In this document: positions 43,471 to 53,203 of the stretch, piece after piece | Position numbering within the stretch: the stretch's first letter is position 1 | Layout of the letters: each line of letters begins with the position of its first letter | IMG/VR virus record: IMGVR_UViG_3300009111_000007 | Location: 1-54,628 of that record | DNA from: a virus | Lineage: Duplodnaviria > Caudoviricetes | DNA: 54,628 nucleotides | Reading direction: 5' to 3' (one strand) | Translations under genes and position numbers: made by a program | The notes under the pieces: generated by a model | Seen by the model: only the letters and a program-made list of their open reading frames with translations | Told to the model about the DNA's origin: nothing | Database searches by the model: none

Positions 43471-45485
43471 ACGCCGCGCACGAGGCCTCGGAGGCACCGG
43501 AAGGGGAGCCCGGCGAGCAGGCCGCGCCCATCGACCGAGCCAAGCTCGCCAAAGAGTGGGAGGCAGAGCTTGAGGCCGCCCAGAAGCGGCTTCAGCCATG
43601 GCACGACGAGGCCGAGAAGGCGCTCAAGGCCTTCCGACAAAGCAAGGGCGACGATCCGGAGGGCCGCAAGCAAAGCGGGCTGGCGCTCTTCTACTCGAAC
43701 ATCATCACGCAACTCGCCCTGCTCTTCGGCCGCACGCCCTCCACGGCTGTCCGTCAACGTTGGGCGGATTCTCAGGATGAAGCGGCCCGTGCCGCTTCGC
43801 AGATCCTCGAGCGCCTGCTGGACGCAGATATCGAAGACCGGATCGACGGTTACTGTGAGGCGCTGGCCGCCGCACTCCAGGACTTCCGCATCGTCGGATT
43901 CGGCATGGCCCGCGCCCACTACGAGGCCACGTTCGCAAAGGTGCGCACCGCGGCCGTCGCGGCACAGCCCGTTCCCGAAGGCCAACAGGTTGCGGCCGAG
44001 ATGGAGGTGGAGGTCAAAACCGACGAAAACGTACGCCTGCGGTATGTGCACTGGAGGCGTGTTCGGTGGGGCTCGTGCTCCATCTGGGATGAATGCCCGT
44101 GGCTGGCCTTCGAAACGCCTATGAGCCAGCGCGACATCGAAAAGCGCTTCGGCCAGGGGTGGGCGGACAAGTTGGAGTTCTACGCCTCCAACTCCACCGA
44201 GGTGCTGGACAAGGCAGAGCGGTCCAAGCCCGGGGCGCGAGCCCGGGTGTGGGAGATTTGGGACAAGGACACGCGCCGAGTCATATGGTGGTCGCGGGGA
44301 GCCGATGAGGTTCTGGACGTGAAGGACGACCCCTATGAGCTACCAGGATTTTTCCCCGGCCCGCGCCCGCTCATCAGCAACACCACCACCGAAGAGTTTC
44401 TGCCACGTCCAGATTTCAGTTATTGTGCACGGCAGTACGACCGCATCAACGCGACCGCCGAGGCTCAAGACCGGTGTGTTGACAATATCGGGGTCAAGGG
44501 CGCGTTCAACGGCTTGCAGGCGGAGCTCGGCAGCATTTTCAAGACAAGGGGAAACCAGTTGGTGCCCGTGCAGAACTGGACCGCATTCCAGGAGGGAGGA
44601 GGCATCCGCGGCGCGATCGACATCGTGGACATCCTCCCCTTCGTCAACGCCATTCAGGCACTCCAGGCGCGCCAGGGCGCGCTCCAGCAGGAGGTGTACG
44701 AGACGACGGGCGCCTCCGATCTACTTCGAGGCGCCGGCAGCAAGGGCGGACGGGCAACGGCCGCGGAAAGCCAGTTGAAGGCGCAATTCGGCGGCGCCCG
44801 GATGCAACTTGTGGAGGAGCAATTTGCGGCCTTCGCCAGCGCCCTGGCGACGCTGAAGGCTCACCTGATCGGGACCATGTTTGACCCCGAGCGCATCGTC
44901 TCTCGCAGCAACGCCAGGGCCACCTTTGACGCCCAGTCACCGGGCCTGGTCGAAAAAGCAGTCATGGCCATCAAGGATCACGCGCTTGGCTACCGCGTGG
45001 TGATCAAGCCCGAGTCGCTGGCCGTCGTGGATGACCAACTGATGCAGGCCGAGCGGCAAGGCGTGATGACCGTCGTATCCCAATACCTGCCCGCGGCAAC
45101 GCAAATGGCCGGCCAGATGCCCCAGGCCGTCCCGCTTCTGCTATCTCTCCTGGAGTGGATGATGCAGGGCACCAAGGGCGCATCTTCCGTACTTGCTCCG
45201 ATTCATCTGGCCCTTGAGCAGGCGCGCCGCGCCGCCGCGACCGCTCAGGCGCAACCTGCCGCGCCACCTCCGCCAGACCCGAAGCTTCTGGCGGTGCAGG
45301 CCAAGACGGCCGGTGAGCTGGCCAAGGTGGAGGCGGAACTGCGCGCGGATCTAATCCGAGACCAGTCTGAGGCGCAGGTAGCCCAGGCAAAGGAGGTCGC
45401 TCAGCGCGAACAGAACGTGATGGAGGCGGCCCAGACCCGGCAAATGCGGCCGCCGAAACCCATGGCAACAAGGGAGGAGCAGTAA
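43458..45485 (+). CDS. Portal protein
   Basis: ~675 aa directly after terL; 'VYETTGASDLLRG...ATAAESQLKAQF' and a helical C-terminal barrel region as in P22-like portals. Confidence 0.85.
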   Translation: MDELNAAHEASEAPEGEPGEQAAPIDRAKLAKEWEAELEAAQKRLQPWHDEAEKALKAFRQSKGDDPEGRKQSGLALFYSNIITQLALLFGRTPSTAVRQRWADSQDEAARAASQILERLLDADIEDRIDGYCEALAAALQDFRIVGFGMARAHYEATFAKVRTAAVAAQPVPEGQQVAAEMEVEVKTDENVRLRYVHWRRVRWGSCSIWDECPWLAFETPMSQRDIEKRFGQGWADKLEFYASNSTEVLDKAERSKPGARARVWEIWDKDTRRVIWWSRGADEVLDVKDDPYELPGFFPGPRPLISNTTTEEFLPRPDFSYCARQYDRINATAEAQDRCVDNIGVKGAFNGLQAELGSIFKTRGNQLVPVQNWTAFQEGGGIRGAIDIVDILPFVNAIQALQARQGALQQEVYETTGASDLLRGAGSKGGRATAAESQLKAQFGGARMQLVEEQFAAFASALATLKAHLIGTMFDPERIVSRSNARATFDAQSPGLVEKAVMAIKDHALGYRVVIKPESLAVVDDQLMQAERQGVMTVVSQYLPAATQMAGQMPQAVPLLLSLLEWMMQGTKGASSVLAPIHLALEQARRAAATAQAQPAAPPPPDPKLLAVQAKTAGELAKVEAELRADLIRDQSEAQVAQAKEVAQREQNVMEAAQTRQMRPPKPMATREEQ

Positions 45486-45811
45486 TGCGTTACTTCTACA
45501 ACAAGGACACCGGACGCGTTGAGCCGGTAACGCCTGAGTGGGAGGCGGCCAACAACAGGAGGCCCGCCCACTACTTCACCGAGGGCGTCGAATACAGCAA
45601 CCTTCGCACGCAAGACGGCGTTGACATTTCCAGCCGCAGGAAGCGCGCCGAGTACATGCGAGTCACCGGCGTTACTGACGCACGCGACTTTGCAGAAACC
45701 GGACCCAGGCGCGAACGGGAGCGGATTGGACGGCATTTCACCGGGTCCACGCCCAATCCAAGAACCAAAGCGGCCGTCATTGAGGCGGTCAACCGACACT
45801 GGAGGAGATGA
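45485..45811 (+). CDS. Conserved hypothetical protein between portal and scaffold
   Basis: GGAGGAG RBS; 'DGVDISSRRKRAEYMR'. Confidence 0.7.
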   Translation: MRYFYNKDTGRVEPVTPEWEAANNRRPAHYFTEGVEYSNLRTQDGVDISSRRKRAEYMRVTGVTDARDFAETGPRRERERIGRHFTGSTPNPRTKAAVIEAVNRHWRR

Positions 45812-45814
45812 GCA

Positions 45815-46951
45815 ATGGCAGGCACGAATGAAACGCAGGGTCCCACCATCCGCGCCGCGCTGGAGACGGCGTGGGACGCGGCGTCTGGAGCGTCGAATCC
45901 CACCCCGGCCGCATCGAGCGCACCGGCGACGCCGGCCGCGGAGCCTGCCGGAGCGCTCGAGCTCGCCGAGACGCCGAGGGCCTACAACAAGGACGAGAAA
46001 GGGCGCTTCGCCAAGAAAGCGACCGGCGAGCCCCAGGCCGCCGCGGTTACCGGGACAGAGTCGGATCCCGCAGCGGGCGGCGATGGCACGACCGGGGCGG
46101 AGCCAAAGGCCGAGGCAGCGCCCGTAGTTCCAGCCAAAACCGCGACGCCCGCCCCGGCATCCTGGAAACCAGAGGCGAAGAAGGCATGGAGTGGCCTTCC
46201 CGCGGAGGTGCAGGCGGAGGTGGTGCGCCGGGAGCGAGAGGTCAGCGCGGCGCTGGCCAGAGCTGCTCCCGGAGCCAAGCTTGGTGCGGAGGTTGAAAAG
46301 ATTGTCGCCCCCTACAGACAGATGATGGAGGCCGAGGGATCCACCTGGCAGGCGGGCCTTGCAAGCCACCTTCAGATGTCGGCCGTCGTGCGGCAGGGGA
46401 CCCCGCAGCAAAAGGCCAACCTGGTGGCCGGCATCATGGCTCAGTTCGCGGTGGAGCCTGGCGACGTGGCGACCGCTTTCGAGGGGCTTGTGCGCCATGG
46501 CGGCCAGCGGCAACCGCAACCGCTTTCCACTGACCCGAAGGTAGAGCATCTCGCGGCGCAAGTGGAGGAACTTGCCGCCTACCACAACGCCATCATGGAC
46601 CGAGAGGCAGCGGAGGGCTACGAGGAGGTCGCGGCGTTGCCCCACTTCGAGGAGCTGCGGGAGACGATGGCGGAGATTCTCACCACGCCCCTTGCGCAGA
46701 CGCGAAACATGTCCTTCAAAGAGGCCTACCGTGCCGCTTTGGCGCTCCACCCGGAGCTGGAGGAGGAAGTGCTGGCGGCCCGCCTGGCCGAGCGCGAAGC
46801 CAAAACCCGCGCCGAGCAGGCCGCCGAGGTGGAGCGGGCCAAGAAAGCTTCGGTCAGCATCGCCCCAAGGCCCGGCGCTTCCATGGCGCCACCCCGGCAG
46901 AAGATGGACCGGTCTGCGGCTGTCCAGGCGGCCGTGGACAAGCATTGGTGA
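45815..46951 (+). CDS. Capsid scaffolding protein
   Basis: Disordered Ala/Pro/Glu N-terminus with 'KDEKGRFA', 'PASWKPEAKKAWSGLP'; immediately upstream of the capsid gene. Confidence 0.78.
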   Translation: MAGTNETQGPTIRAALETAWDAASGASNPTPAASSAPATPAAEPAGALELAETPRAYNKDEKGRFAKKATGEPQAAAVTGTESDPAAGGDGTTGAEPKAEAAPVVPAKTATPAPASWKPEAKKAWSGLPAEVQAEVVRREREVSAALARAAPGAKLGAEVEKIVAPYRQMMEAEGSTWQAGLASHLQMSAVVRQGTPQQKANLVAGIMAQFAVEPGDVATAFEGLVRHGGQRQPQPLSTDPKVEHLAAQVEELAAYHNAIMDREAAEGYEEVAALPHFEELRETMAEILTTPLAQTRNMSFKEAYRAALALHPELEEEVLAARLAEREAKTRAEQAAEVERAKKASVSIAPRPGASMAPPRQKMDRSAAVQAAVDKHW

Positions 46952-46959
46952 TGAGGGGC

Positions 46960-46989
46960 TTGACAAATTCCGCGGACACGTTTTAGCCT
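46960..46989 (+). promoter_or_regulatory. Sigma70-type promoter upstream of the major capsid gene
   Basis: TTGACA-N18-TAGCCT at the start of the intergenic gap. Confidence 0.6.
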
Positions 46990-47142
46990 GCGGGTGAGGC
47001 TGGCGGAAGCCCATTTTGGCCCATCCGCCCGGTGTGCCCCGGCCACAGACCGGGAGCGGTGCCCCATGACGGCGGGGCGTGGCGAGCGGCAGGGTGCCGC
47101 CCACGCGCGAAGGCCGGATCCACAACATGAGGAGCGCCCGCC

Positions 47143-48111
47143 GTGCCCGCCAACCCCGACGTTGGCTCCATGATCGCCACGACCCTGGAGCTTCGCAGCC
47201 AAGAGTTTTCCGACGAGGTGTCCGAATCGATCGCCCTTTGGTCGTTCATGGCCAAGAGCGGCAACGTGAAGCCAGCCCCGGGCGGCACGGAGATTTGGCA
47301 GGAAATCATGGAGGGGGAGGTCGAAAACGTCCAGGCCTATACCGGCTCCGAGCAAATGGAGCTGGGCGGGTACGACGGCCTGACCGCGGCCAAGTTCGCC
47401 TGGAAGCTCGTGGCCGGTAGCGTGCAGATCACCGGCTCCGAGCGGCTTCAGAACGCCAGCAAGCAGCAGATGATCAACCTGCTCGACTCCCGAATGACCG
47501 CGCTCGAGCTCAGCATGAAGAATTTCATGGGCCGGGCGATGTACGGGGACGGAACGGAGTTCGGGGGCAAGAGCCCCGGCGGCCTCGGGCTGCTGGTGGT
47601 GACGGACCCCACGACGGGGACGGTTGGCGGCATCAACCGCGCCACGAATCCCTTCTGGCGGAACTACTCCACCGGGCTGGTGGGTCCGCTCACGAAGGAC
47701 ACCATCCAAGACTACATGATGGATGTCTGGGTCAACACGTCGCTCGGAAACGAGCACCCCACCATCATCTCTGCCGGCAACGAGGCCTTCACGCTTTACA
47801 GCAGGGGCTTGCAGGCGGACCAGCGATTCACCGACCCGGCCTTGGCCGATCGCGGCTTCACTAACATCCGGTTCATGGGCGTGCCCGTCATTCTGGATGG
47901 CGGCATCGGCGGCGCCCAGGACAGCAATGTGATGCACTTCCTGAACACGAAGTACATCTACGCGCGTCCCCACCCTGAGCGCAACTTCGTAGCCATGGGC
48001 GGCGATCGCGTCCCGGTCAACCAGGACCTTGTCGTCCGTTTCATGGGGTGGTACGGCAACTTCACCGTCTCGTCGATGCGCCGCCAGGGCAAGCTCGACG
48101 GCAACCAGTAG
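47143..48111 (+). CDS. Major capsid protein
   Basis: 322 aa, strong codon bias, GAGGAG RBS, HK97-fold-like motifs 'MYGDGT...GLGLLV...GTVGGINRAT..FWRN'. Confidence 0.9.
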   Translation: MPANPDVGSMIATTLELRSQEFSDEVSESIALWSFMAKSGNVKPAPGGTEIWQEIMEGEVENVQAYTGSEQMELGGYDGLTAAKFAWKLVAGSVQITGSERLQNASKQQMINLLDSRMTALELSMKNFMGRAMYGDGTEFGGKSPGGLGLLVVTDPTTGTVGGINRATNPFWRNYSTGLVGPLTKDTIQDYMMDVWVNTSLGNEHPTIISAGNEAFTLYSRGLQADQRFTDPALADRGFTNIRFMGVPVILDGGIGGAQDSNVMHFLNTKYIYARPHPERNFVAMGGDRVPVNQDLVVRFMGWYGNFTVSSMRRQGKLDGNQ

Positions 48112-48126
48112 GAAAGGAGCCAGACC

Positions 48127-49515
48127 ATGGCATACCCCAGCAACATTCTCTTCCGAATCACAACCCCCCAGGGTGGGCTCCAGGGCATCCACGAGCTCTC
48201 TTCGACCGCTCAGCACCCCATTGGGCACGAGGTGCTGGCGGTCGATGAGAACTACAACGCAGCCACCTTCATTTATCTGGCCGGGGTGGCGTCCACCGCT
48301 GCCGGCGACTGGGTCGCCTACAACACGGACTCCGGGGCCACCACGCGCACGCTGGCGGCAAGTCGAGGCAACCTTGCGGTGGCGATGGCCGCCTGCGTGG
48401 CCGGCTATTACGGCTGGTACATGCGGCGCGGCTCGGCGGTGGTCAGCACCACGGCCGCTGGCACCGGCGCCGCCAACGCCTTCCTCTGCGTGACGGGAAC
48501 GGCCGGACGGGCCACGGTAGCCGGCACCGATGGCCAGCGGATCAACGGCGCCATTTGCACCGGCGCTCAGGACGCGCCGGGCGCCGGCTACACCGTCGTC
48601 CAGCTCTCGGACCCCTTCTGTCAGGGTGACACCTTCTCCCTGGGGCAGGCCGCCGAGGCGGACCTGACGGACAACTCTGGCGGAGTCGCGGCGGACGGCA
48701 CCATTGGGGTGGTGACTGCGCCCACGGCGCTCACCGACAACGGCGGCGGGGTGGCAGACGGGACAGTCGCCTCGCAGGCGGCGCCGGTTACCCTGACGGA
48801 TTCGAGCGGCTACAGCGGCACCCACGACGACACGATCGCCGCCACGCCCGCGATCGTGACGCTCACGGACAACACCGGAGGTTCTGGCACCCATGACGAC
48901 ACGCTTGCGACCGGTGACAACGCTGCGGCCCCTATCGCGCTCACCGCGATCGACCTCGACAACGAGATCGTCGCGAGCGCCGACGCACAGCAGGACGTGG
49001 TAGCGCTCAGCGTGGCGGTGGGTACGCTGGGCGGTGCGGCGGACGGGTCGTTCGAGACGGTGGGCGACACGTCCACGGGCGATCGCTCCGGGCAGATCAT
49101 GAACAACTTCCAGGAGATCCGCGCCAAGCTCGATCTGGCTCAGGCGAACGACGCGACGATTGCTGTTCAGGTGGACGCGCTTGTGGCGGATATCATAAGC
49201 CTGCGGGGCACGGTGGCCGACTGCGTGACGGACCTCGGCGTACAGAATCAAACCGATTCGGATCTGGCACAGAAGATCATCGAACTGGTGACGCGCGAGG
49301 CCGTGACGGCGCAGCACGTCAGCAACGTGGCACAGAAGGTGATCGAGCTCGTCACGCTGGCGGGCACGGCACAAAACAACCTTCGAGAGCTTACCACCGC
49401 CCAGAGCCAAGACCGGACGGCAATCGTCGCGCTCACGGACGCGGTGACGGAGCTTTCCACCAAGATCAACGACGTGCTGGCAAAGCTCCGCCTCGCGGGC
49501 ATCCTCAACCCGTAG
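48127..49515 (+). CDS. Capsid decoration/cement domain fused to a repeat-rich head-fibre-like region
   Basis: N-terminal 'FIYLAGVASTAAGDWV...YYGWY' domain, LTDxxGG repeats, coiled coil and terminal 'KINDVLAKLRLAGIL'. Confidence 0.7.
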   Translation: MAYPSNILFRITTPQGGLQGIHELSSTAQHPIGHEVLAVDENYNAATFIYLAGVASTAAGDWVAYNTDSGATTRTLAASRGNLAVAMAACVAGYYGWYMRRGSAVVSTTAAGTGAANAFLCVTGTAGRATVAGTDGQRINGAICTGAQDAPGAGYTVVQLSDPFCQGDTFSLGQAAEADLTDNSGGVAADGTIGVVTAPTALTDNGGGVADGTVASQAAPVTLTDSSGYSGTHDDTIAATPAIVTLTDNTGGSGTHDDTLATGDNAAAPIALTAIDLDNEIVASADAQQDVVALSVAVGTLGGAADGSFETVGDTSTGDRSGQIMNNFQEIRAKLDLAQANDATIAVQVDALVADIISLRGTVADCVTDLGVQNQTDSDLAQKIIELVTREAVTAQHVSNVAQKVIELVTLAGTAQNNLRELTTAQSQDRTAIVALTDAVTELSTKINDVLAKLRLAGILNP

Positions 49516-49524
49516 GAGATCATC

Positions 49525-50232
49525 ATGGAAGACCTGTTCACGTCCGAGGCCGCCGCCGAGATGTCGGCAGCGCAGCTCACGAACGTCAACCCGGCAGCAG
49601 CCGCTGCGCTCGCCGGCCTCTACAACCTTCCGGCCCCGCGGTCGGCCCGGCAGAGCACTACCAACCTGGATGCTCGGTTCGAGATGCGGGCAATTACGGA
49701 TCCCGTGGCCTCCAAGGCCGCTGGCAAGCCGCGGTTCAGGAACAGGCTTTGTCTCGTGGTCCTCAATCGCCTCGATCCAAATTCGGTGGTCAGTCGGCCG
49801 GCGTTCGTGGAGGGCGAGGGCTCGGATGCCGTTCGGCATGCGCGCGCATACCGCAACTTTCTGGCCGGCCAAAGGGGCGCGGCCGAAGGCACGCCCTTGG
49901 CCGTCATGAAGTCCACGAAGCCGCCCATGCTGGACAACGTTCAGGAAGCCGAGCTCGCGGCCAAGCCGCTCTACATTCGCACGGTTGAGCAGCTTGCTGC
50001 CCTGCCGGACGAGGCCCTCAAGGACTTCTCCGGTTGGGGGCTGAGGGTGCGCGACGCCGCGAAGCAGTTTTTGGCCATCGCCAAGGCCACCGAGCCGCAG
50101 CGCCTGGCGGACGCTGCCGTGGCGACGATGAAGGCCGAGAACGACGATCTACGGAAGAGGCTGGCGGACATCGAGGCGTTGATGGAAAAGGCCACCAAAC
50201 CGGCCGAAACACAGAAGGCCGCCGGGGGATGA
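49525..50232 (+). CDS. Conserved phage protein of the head-tail region
   Basis: AGGAG RBS; 'GTPL...IRTVEQLAALPD' motif and C-terminal coiled coil. Confidence 0.7.
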   Translation: MEDLFTSEAAAEMSAAQLTNVNPAAAAALAGLYNLPAPRSARQSTTNLDARFEMRAITDPVASKAAGKPRFRNRLCLVVLNRLDPNSVVSRPAFVEGEGSDAVRHARAYRNFLAGQRGAAEGTPLAVMKSTKPPMLDNVQEAELAAKPLYIRTVEQLAALPDEALKDFSGWGLRVRDAAKQFLAIAKATEPQRLADAAVATMKAENDDLRKRLADIEALMEKATKPAETQKAAGG

Positions 50233-50235
50233 CGG

Positions 50236-50976
50236 GTGCTTTCGGCCACCGCCAGTGACGTGGTGAACACCGCCGCCTTGGAACTCGGTCTTGTCTCCGT
50301 GCCCTTGGCGGACCCCTACGCCGCTGGCGTGGTGGACCCCAACGTTCGTCTGCTCCGCTCCCTGCTGGCTACGCTTGGGCAGCTTCTTGTCCGGCAGCAC
50401 GCCTGGCAGGAGCTGCAGAAAGAAGCCGTCATCACGATCATCGACGGCCAGTCGGTCTACGACCTGCCGGCAGGTTACGATCGCGTGCTCCCGACGACGG
50501 AGTGGGACAGAAGCAACAGCGCTCAGATGAATGGCGGCCTGACGCCGCGCGAGTGGCAGGGCATCAAGGGCGTGAACAGCACCACCGGGCCGCCGCTTCA
50601 GTACCGAATCTTTGGCGGCCAGGTGCACGTTCAGCCGGACGTAGACACGCCGCCCGGTATTGTGGCGTTCGAGTACGTCAGCAACCTTTGGGTCCAAGAG
50701 GCTCCGGGCGTAGATCCCGAGGCGGATCCGGTCTTTCGAAACGCGCCGCTGGCCGGTACCGACATTCTGTTGCTCGACCGGCTTCTTCTAATCGCCGGCC
50801 TGAAGTTCCGTTACCGCTCAAGCCGCGGCTACGAAGCGACCTTCGAGGCCGGTGAGTACAACAACGCCCTGGCGCTGGCAAAGAGCGCCGACATGCAGCC
50901 GGGCATCATCGATTTGAACGGGGGCGCGGAGGGTCCGTGGTGGCCGACGTTTGCGAACGAGGCGCGGAGCCTATGA
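50236..50976 (+). CDS. Head-tail adaptor / tail tubular protein A-like
   Basis: Synteny; 'HAWQEL...YDLPAGYDR', 'AFEYVSNLWV'. Confidence 0.7.
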   Translation: MLSATASDVVNTAALELGLVSVPLADPYAAGVVDPNVRLLRSLLATLGQLLVRQHAWQELQKEAVITIIDGQSVYDLPAGYDRVLPTTEWDRSNSAQMNGGLTPREWQGIKGVNSTTGPPLQYRIFGGQVHVQPDVDTPPGIVAFEYVSNLWVQEAPGVDPEADPVFRNAPLAGTDILLLDRLLLIAGLKFRYRSSRGYEATFEAGEYNNALALAKSADMQPGIIDLNGGAEGPWWPTFANEARSL

Positions 50977-52790
50977 GCGCTCGCTCACGACCAGCGACCG
51001 AACAAACCGTCACTCTGCCGGCGCCAGTGAACGGGCTCAACACGATCGCCGCGGGGCCAGCCGTTCCACCTTCGGAATGCCTGCTGCTTGAGAACCTCCG
51101 CCCTGACGAGCGCGGGCTGAGCGTGCGTCGCGGCTGGGCGGAGTGGGCCACCGACATTTTGGGCGCCGGTGACAACACCCCGCGCTCCATCATCGGCTTT
51201 CACGGCACCGCCGGAAACGGCATCGCCGATCGCCTGTTTGCCATTACGAACGACCGCGTCTGGGACATCACCGGTGGCGGAGTTGGCCCTCACGTGTCCG
51301 CCCTGACGCTGCCCAACGTTGGCGCGACGAGCGGCGAGACGATCAGCACCTCGTTTACGAACGAGGCCACGACGTTCTGTGCGCTGTGCGACGAGCAGAA
51401 CGGCTACCTGCTGTACCGCCAGGACACACAAGCATGGTCGCGCGTTCCCGCTGGCACGAGCCAGGCGTGGCAGAACTCGACGCCCTACTTTGTCGGCAAT
51501 CTGGTGGTGAACGGCGGAAACGAGTACGTCTGCGACACGGACGGACTGTCCTCGGCGCTCGGGACCGGGCCGGCAGGCGCTGGCGCTGACATCGTGGACG
51601 GCACGACGCGCTGGGACTACGTCGGCCCCGCGGTGGCCGGCGCGCTCGGTCCAAGCCTTGCGGACCAACAGGCTGGCTTGTCCATCGATCCCGCGGATCT
51701 GGTTTTCGTCCTTGAGTTCAAAGGTCGCCTCTGGTTTGTGGAGCGGGACTCCTCGCGCGCGTGGTACCTCGACGTCGGCGCCGTCACGGGTACCGCCACC
51801 GCCTTCCCTTTCCCGCTGCATCATGGCGGGGAGCTTGTCGGCTTGTACGCCTGGAGCTACGACGCCGGGGGCGGACTGGACACTCTTCTTGTGGCGCTTT
51901 CTCGCACCGGGGACGTGGTCATCTACCAAGGCGCGGATCCAAGCAGCGCCGCCACCTGGGGTCAAAAAGGAGCGTGGTACGTTGGGCCGCTTCCGACCGG
52001 CCGGCGGGTGGCTACCGACCTCGGCGGGGAGATGTTCGTCTTGAGTTTGCGCGGCGTCATGCCGCTCTCGAGGCTGGTTGTCGGCGGCGCAGTGGAGCTG
52101 GAAAGTCTCTACACGACGGCGAAGATCGCCAACCTTTTCACCAGGCTGGCGCAGGAGGCACAAGGAAGAAGAGGGTGGGCCATCGTGGTGCACCCTACCG
52201 ACAACGCCCTTTTGATTCTTATCCCCCAGACCCAGGGAAACGGCTGGATTCAGCTTGCCCAGAGCTTTGCACGCCCGGCGTGGAGCATCTATCGCGACGT
52301 CCCAATGACCGGAGGCGCGGCAGTCTGGCGGGGCGAACTCTACTTCGGCGGAGATGGTGGCGTGGTGGCGCGGAACAAGGGAAGCATGGACGCTCGCATG
52401 CTGGCGGCTCCGGAGGACTACGAGCCCATTCGCTGGCGCCTCCTCACGGGCTTCTCGGACCTAGGCAACGGCCGCAACAAGCGCGTCTTGGGCTTTCGGC
52501 CCATTTTTGAGTCGGGCAGCGCGGCGGTGCCCTATGTCTCCCAGGCTCGGTACGGGTACGACAAAACTCCGGCCCCCGATCCGGCGCTGCCCGCCGGAGG
52601 CGGCCCCAACTCCTGGTCCACCGGGCTCTGGGATGTGATGCTCTGGTCCGGCAGTGAGACCCCGTCCACGCCGCTCACCGGCGGCGTCGGCGAGGGCAAG
52701 CACGTGGCGGTGGCGATGACGGGCTTGTCCGTGTCACCCACCACGCTGGTGGCCATCAACGTCACTTTCGAGCAGGGGGGCACCCAATGA
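50973..52790 (+). CDS. Tail nozzle / packaged-DNA stabilisation protein (P22 gp10 / tubular B-like beta-propeller)
   Basis: 'LPAPVNGLN...LLENLRP', 'FKGRLWFVE', beta-propeller-like composition; contains an inserted 'AWQNSTPYFVGNLV...YVC' module. Confidence 0.75.
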   Translation: MSARSRPATEQTVTLPAPVNGLNTIAAGPAVPPSECLLLENLRPDERGLSVRRGWAEWATDILGAGDNTPRSIIGFHGTAGNGIADRLFAITNDRVWDITGGGVGPHVSALTLPNVGATSGETISTSFTNEATTFCALCDEQNGYLLYRQDTQAWSRVPAGTSQAWQNSTPYFVGNLVVNGGNEYVCDTDGLSSALGTGPAGAGADIVDGTTRWDYVGPAVAGALGPSLADQQAGLSIDPADLVFVLEFKGRLWFVERDSSRAWYLDVGAVTGTATAFPFPLHHGGELVGLYAWSYDAGGGLDTLLVALSRTGDVVIYQGADPSSAATWGQKGAWYVGPLPTGRRVATDLGGEMFVLSLRGVMPLSRLVVGGAVELESLYTTAKIANLFTRLAQEAQGRRGWAIVVHPTDNALLILIPQTQGNGWIQLAQSFARPAWSIYRDVPMTGGAAVWRGELYFGGDGGVVARNKGSMDARMLAAPEDYEPIRWRLLTGFSDLGNGRNKRVLGFRPIFESGSAAVPYVSQARYGYDKTPAPDPALPAGGGPNSWSTGLWDVMLWSGSETPSTPLTGGVGEGKHVAVAMTGLSVSPTTLVAINVTFEQGGTQ

Positions 52791-53203
52791 TTACCGTTCG
52801 AGCCGCTCCGCCGGAGGACTTCGATTGGCTTCTCAATCGCACCGGCTGCTCCATCACGGGCGAGTTTCGGGCGCTAAAGGCCGTCGATGTCGCTGGCAAA
52901 GTCCGCGGCATGGTGGGCTTCGACGCCTGGACTCCCGCGTCCTGCCAAGCCCACATGGCGGCCGACTCACCCATGGCCTGGCGGCGCCTGCTGCCGGCCG
53001 CCTGCGACTACGCTTTTCGCCAGGCCGGCAAAAACGTGGTGCTCGGCCTGATCCCGGGGCACAACGAGCGCTCGCTGGCACTGGCCCACCACATGGGCTT
53101 CCGCGTGGTATGCCAGCTTGCGGACGCATGGTCCGCGGGCATTCCGCTGGTAGTCCATGAAATGCGGCGGGCGGATTGCCGCTGGCTGAAGGAGGCGTGC
53201 TGA
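52787..53203 (+). CDS. GNAT-fold virion assembly protein (P22 gp14 / T7 gp13-like position)
   Basis: 'VLGLIPGHNERSLALAHHMGF' acetyltransferase-like motif between the nozzle and ejection genes. Confidence 0.75.
   Translation: MITVRAAPPEDFDWLLNRTGCSITGEFRALKAVDVAGKVRGMVGFDAWTPASCQAHMAADSPMAWRRLLPAACDYAFRQAGKNVVLGLIPGHNERSLALAHHMGFRVVCQLADAWSAGIPLVVHEMRRADCRWLKEAC

Noticed and set aside
46726-49872. 1048-aa minus-strand ORF, and other long antisense ORFs such as 45401-47128, 41710-43056 and 33078-34472
   Set aside because: Shadow frames of GC3-rich real genes on the opposite strand; Arg/Gly/His-rich with no motifs or RBS.
50229-50238. Possible frameshift between the coupled ATG at 50229 and the adaptor frame
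   Set aside because: The GTG at 50236 has a usable GGGGGA RBS, so no frameshift is needed.
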